In this document: piece after piece, positions 62,515 to 64,000 of the stretch | How the letters are laid out: every line of letters begins with the position of its first letter | How positions within the stretch are numbered: the stretch's first letter is position 1 | Origin: Camelus dromedarius | Taxonomy: Eukaryota | Length of the DNA stretch: 64,000 bases | Direction: 5' to 3' | Assembly (NCBI RefSeq): GCF_036321535.1 | Contig: NC_087447.1 | Location: 40,488,001 to 40,552,000, forward strand | Notes under the pieces: model-generated | The model's database searches: none | Seen by the model: the letters and a program-made list of their open reading frames with translations, nothing else | What the model was told of the DNA's origin: nothing | Translations under genes and position numbers: made by a program

Positions 62515-64000
62515 TTTTGTTTAAATTGAAGTATAGTCAGTTTACAATGTTGTGTCAATTTCTGGTGTATAGCCTGTTTTTTTTTTGTTCTTTGTTTTTA
62601 TTATTATTATTATTTTTAAACTTTTTTTATTGATTTATAGTCAGTTTACAATGTTGTGTCAATTTCCAGTGTGGAGCACAATTTTTCAGTTATACATGAA
62701 CGTACATATATTCATTGTCGCATTCTTTTTTACTGTGAGCTACCACAAAATCTTGTATATATTTCCCTGTGCTATACAGTATAATCTTATTTATCTATTC
62801 TGCATATTCCTGTCAATATCTACAAATTTCTAAGTCCCAGTCTGTCCCTTCCCACCCTCCTCCCCCTTGGCAACCACAAGTTTGTATTCTATGTCTATGA
62901 GTCTGTTTCTGTTTTGTATTTATGTTCTTTTTTTTTTTTTTTTTTATTCCACATATGAGCAATCTCATATGGTATTTTTCTCTTTCTGGCTTACTTCACT
63001 TAGAATAACACTAGCCTAATATTTCAGTCATACATATACATACATATATTCCTTTTCATATTCTTTTTCACTATAGGTTACTACAAGATGCTGAATATAA
63101 TTCCCTGTGCTATATGGAAGAAATTTGTTATTTATTTATTTTATATATAGTAGTTAGTATTTGCAAATCCTGAGGCCCTAATTTACCCCTTCTGACCCCT
63201 TTTCCTCCCTGTAACCATAAGTTTGTTTTCTATGTCTGTGAGTATTTCTATTTTGTAAATAAGTTCATTTGTGTCTTTTTTTTTTTTTTAAAGATTCCAC
63301 ATATGAGTGATATCATATGGTATTTTTCTTTCTCTTTCTGGCTTATATCACTTAGAGTGATGATCTCCAGGTCCATCCATGTTGCTGCAAATGGCATTAT
63401 TTTACTCTTTTTATGGCTGAGTAATATTCCACAACTTCTCTATCCAGTCATCTGTTGATGGACATTTAGGTTGTTTCCATGTTTTGGCTATTGTAAATAG
63501 TGCTTCTATTAACTTTGGGGTGCATATATCTTTTTGAATTAGAGTGTCCTCCAGACACATGCCCAGGAGTGGGATTGCTGGATCATAGGATGTCTATTTT
63601 TAGTGTTTTGAGGAATCTTCAGACTATTTTCCATAATGGCTGCATCAAACTACATTCTCACCAACAGTGTAGGAAGGTTCCCTTTTCTCCACACCCTGTC
63701 CAGCATTTATCACTTATGGACTTTTGAATGATGGCCATTCTGACTGGTGTGCAGTGATACCTCATTGTAGTTTTGATTTGCATTTCTCTGATAATTAGTG
63801 ATACTGAGCATTTTTCCATATGCCTATTGGCCATTTTTATGTCTTTATTGGAGAATTGCTTGCTTAGGTCTTCTGCCCATTTTTGAATTGAGTTTTTTGT
63901 TGTTGTTGTTATTATGTTGTAGAAGCTATTTACATATTCTGGAAATTAAGCCCTTGTCAGCTGTATCATTTACAAATATTCTCTCCCATTTCATAGGTTG
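62515..64000 (-). mobile_element. Young L1 3' end (runs off the window), carrying a nested L1
   Basis: ttgaagtatagtcagtttacaatgttgtgtcaatt..; ORF2 C-terminal coding sequence from about 63400 on. Confidence 0.92.
62576..63011 (-). mobile_element. Younger L1 3'UTR nested in the preceding L1
   Basis: Has its own T-rich tail (62576-62630); 6-bp TSD tagcct (62570-62575 / 63012-63017); the host sequence resumes in register. Confidence 0.8.

Overview
Mammalian genomic DNA, probably camelid (inferred from the tRNA-derived SINE with a TAATTACC(C)n/A-rich tail and its companion young L1 3'UTR). It is repeat-rich: L1, L2, CR1/L3, MIR, MaLR/ERV LTRs, hAT relics and microsatellites. No intact protein-coding gene is supported, and almost all ORF-track entries are noise or repeat-derived. 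Two gene relics are present. (1) A full-length processed ferritin light chain (FTL) pseudogene on the minus strand at 27618-28497, with its IRE, poly(A) and target-site duplication. (2) Largely invisible in the ORF track, a heavily decayed multi-exon adhesion-GPCR gene on the plus strand at about 2165-19170. Its eight candidate exons run in order through GAIN, GPS, 7TM and a long cytoplasmic tail. Their translations resemble ADGRV1/VLGR1 but are far too divergent to be ADGRV1 itself, which suggests a lost ancient paralog. All protein and repeat comparisons were made by eye against recalled sequences and need database confirmation.
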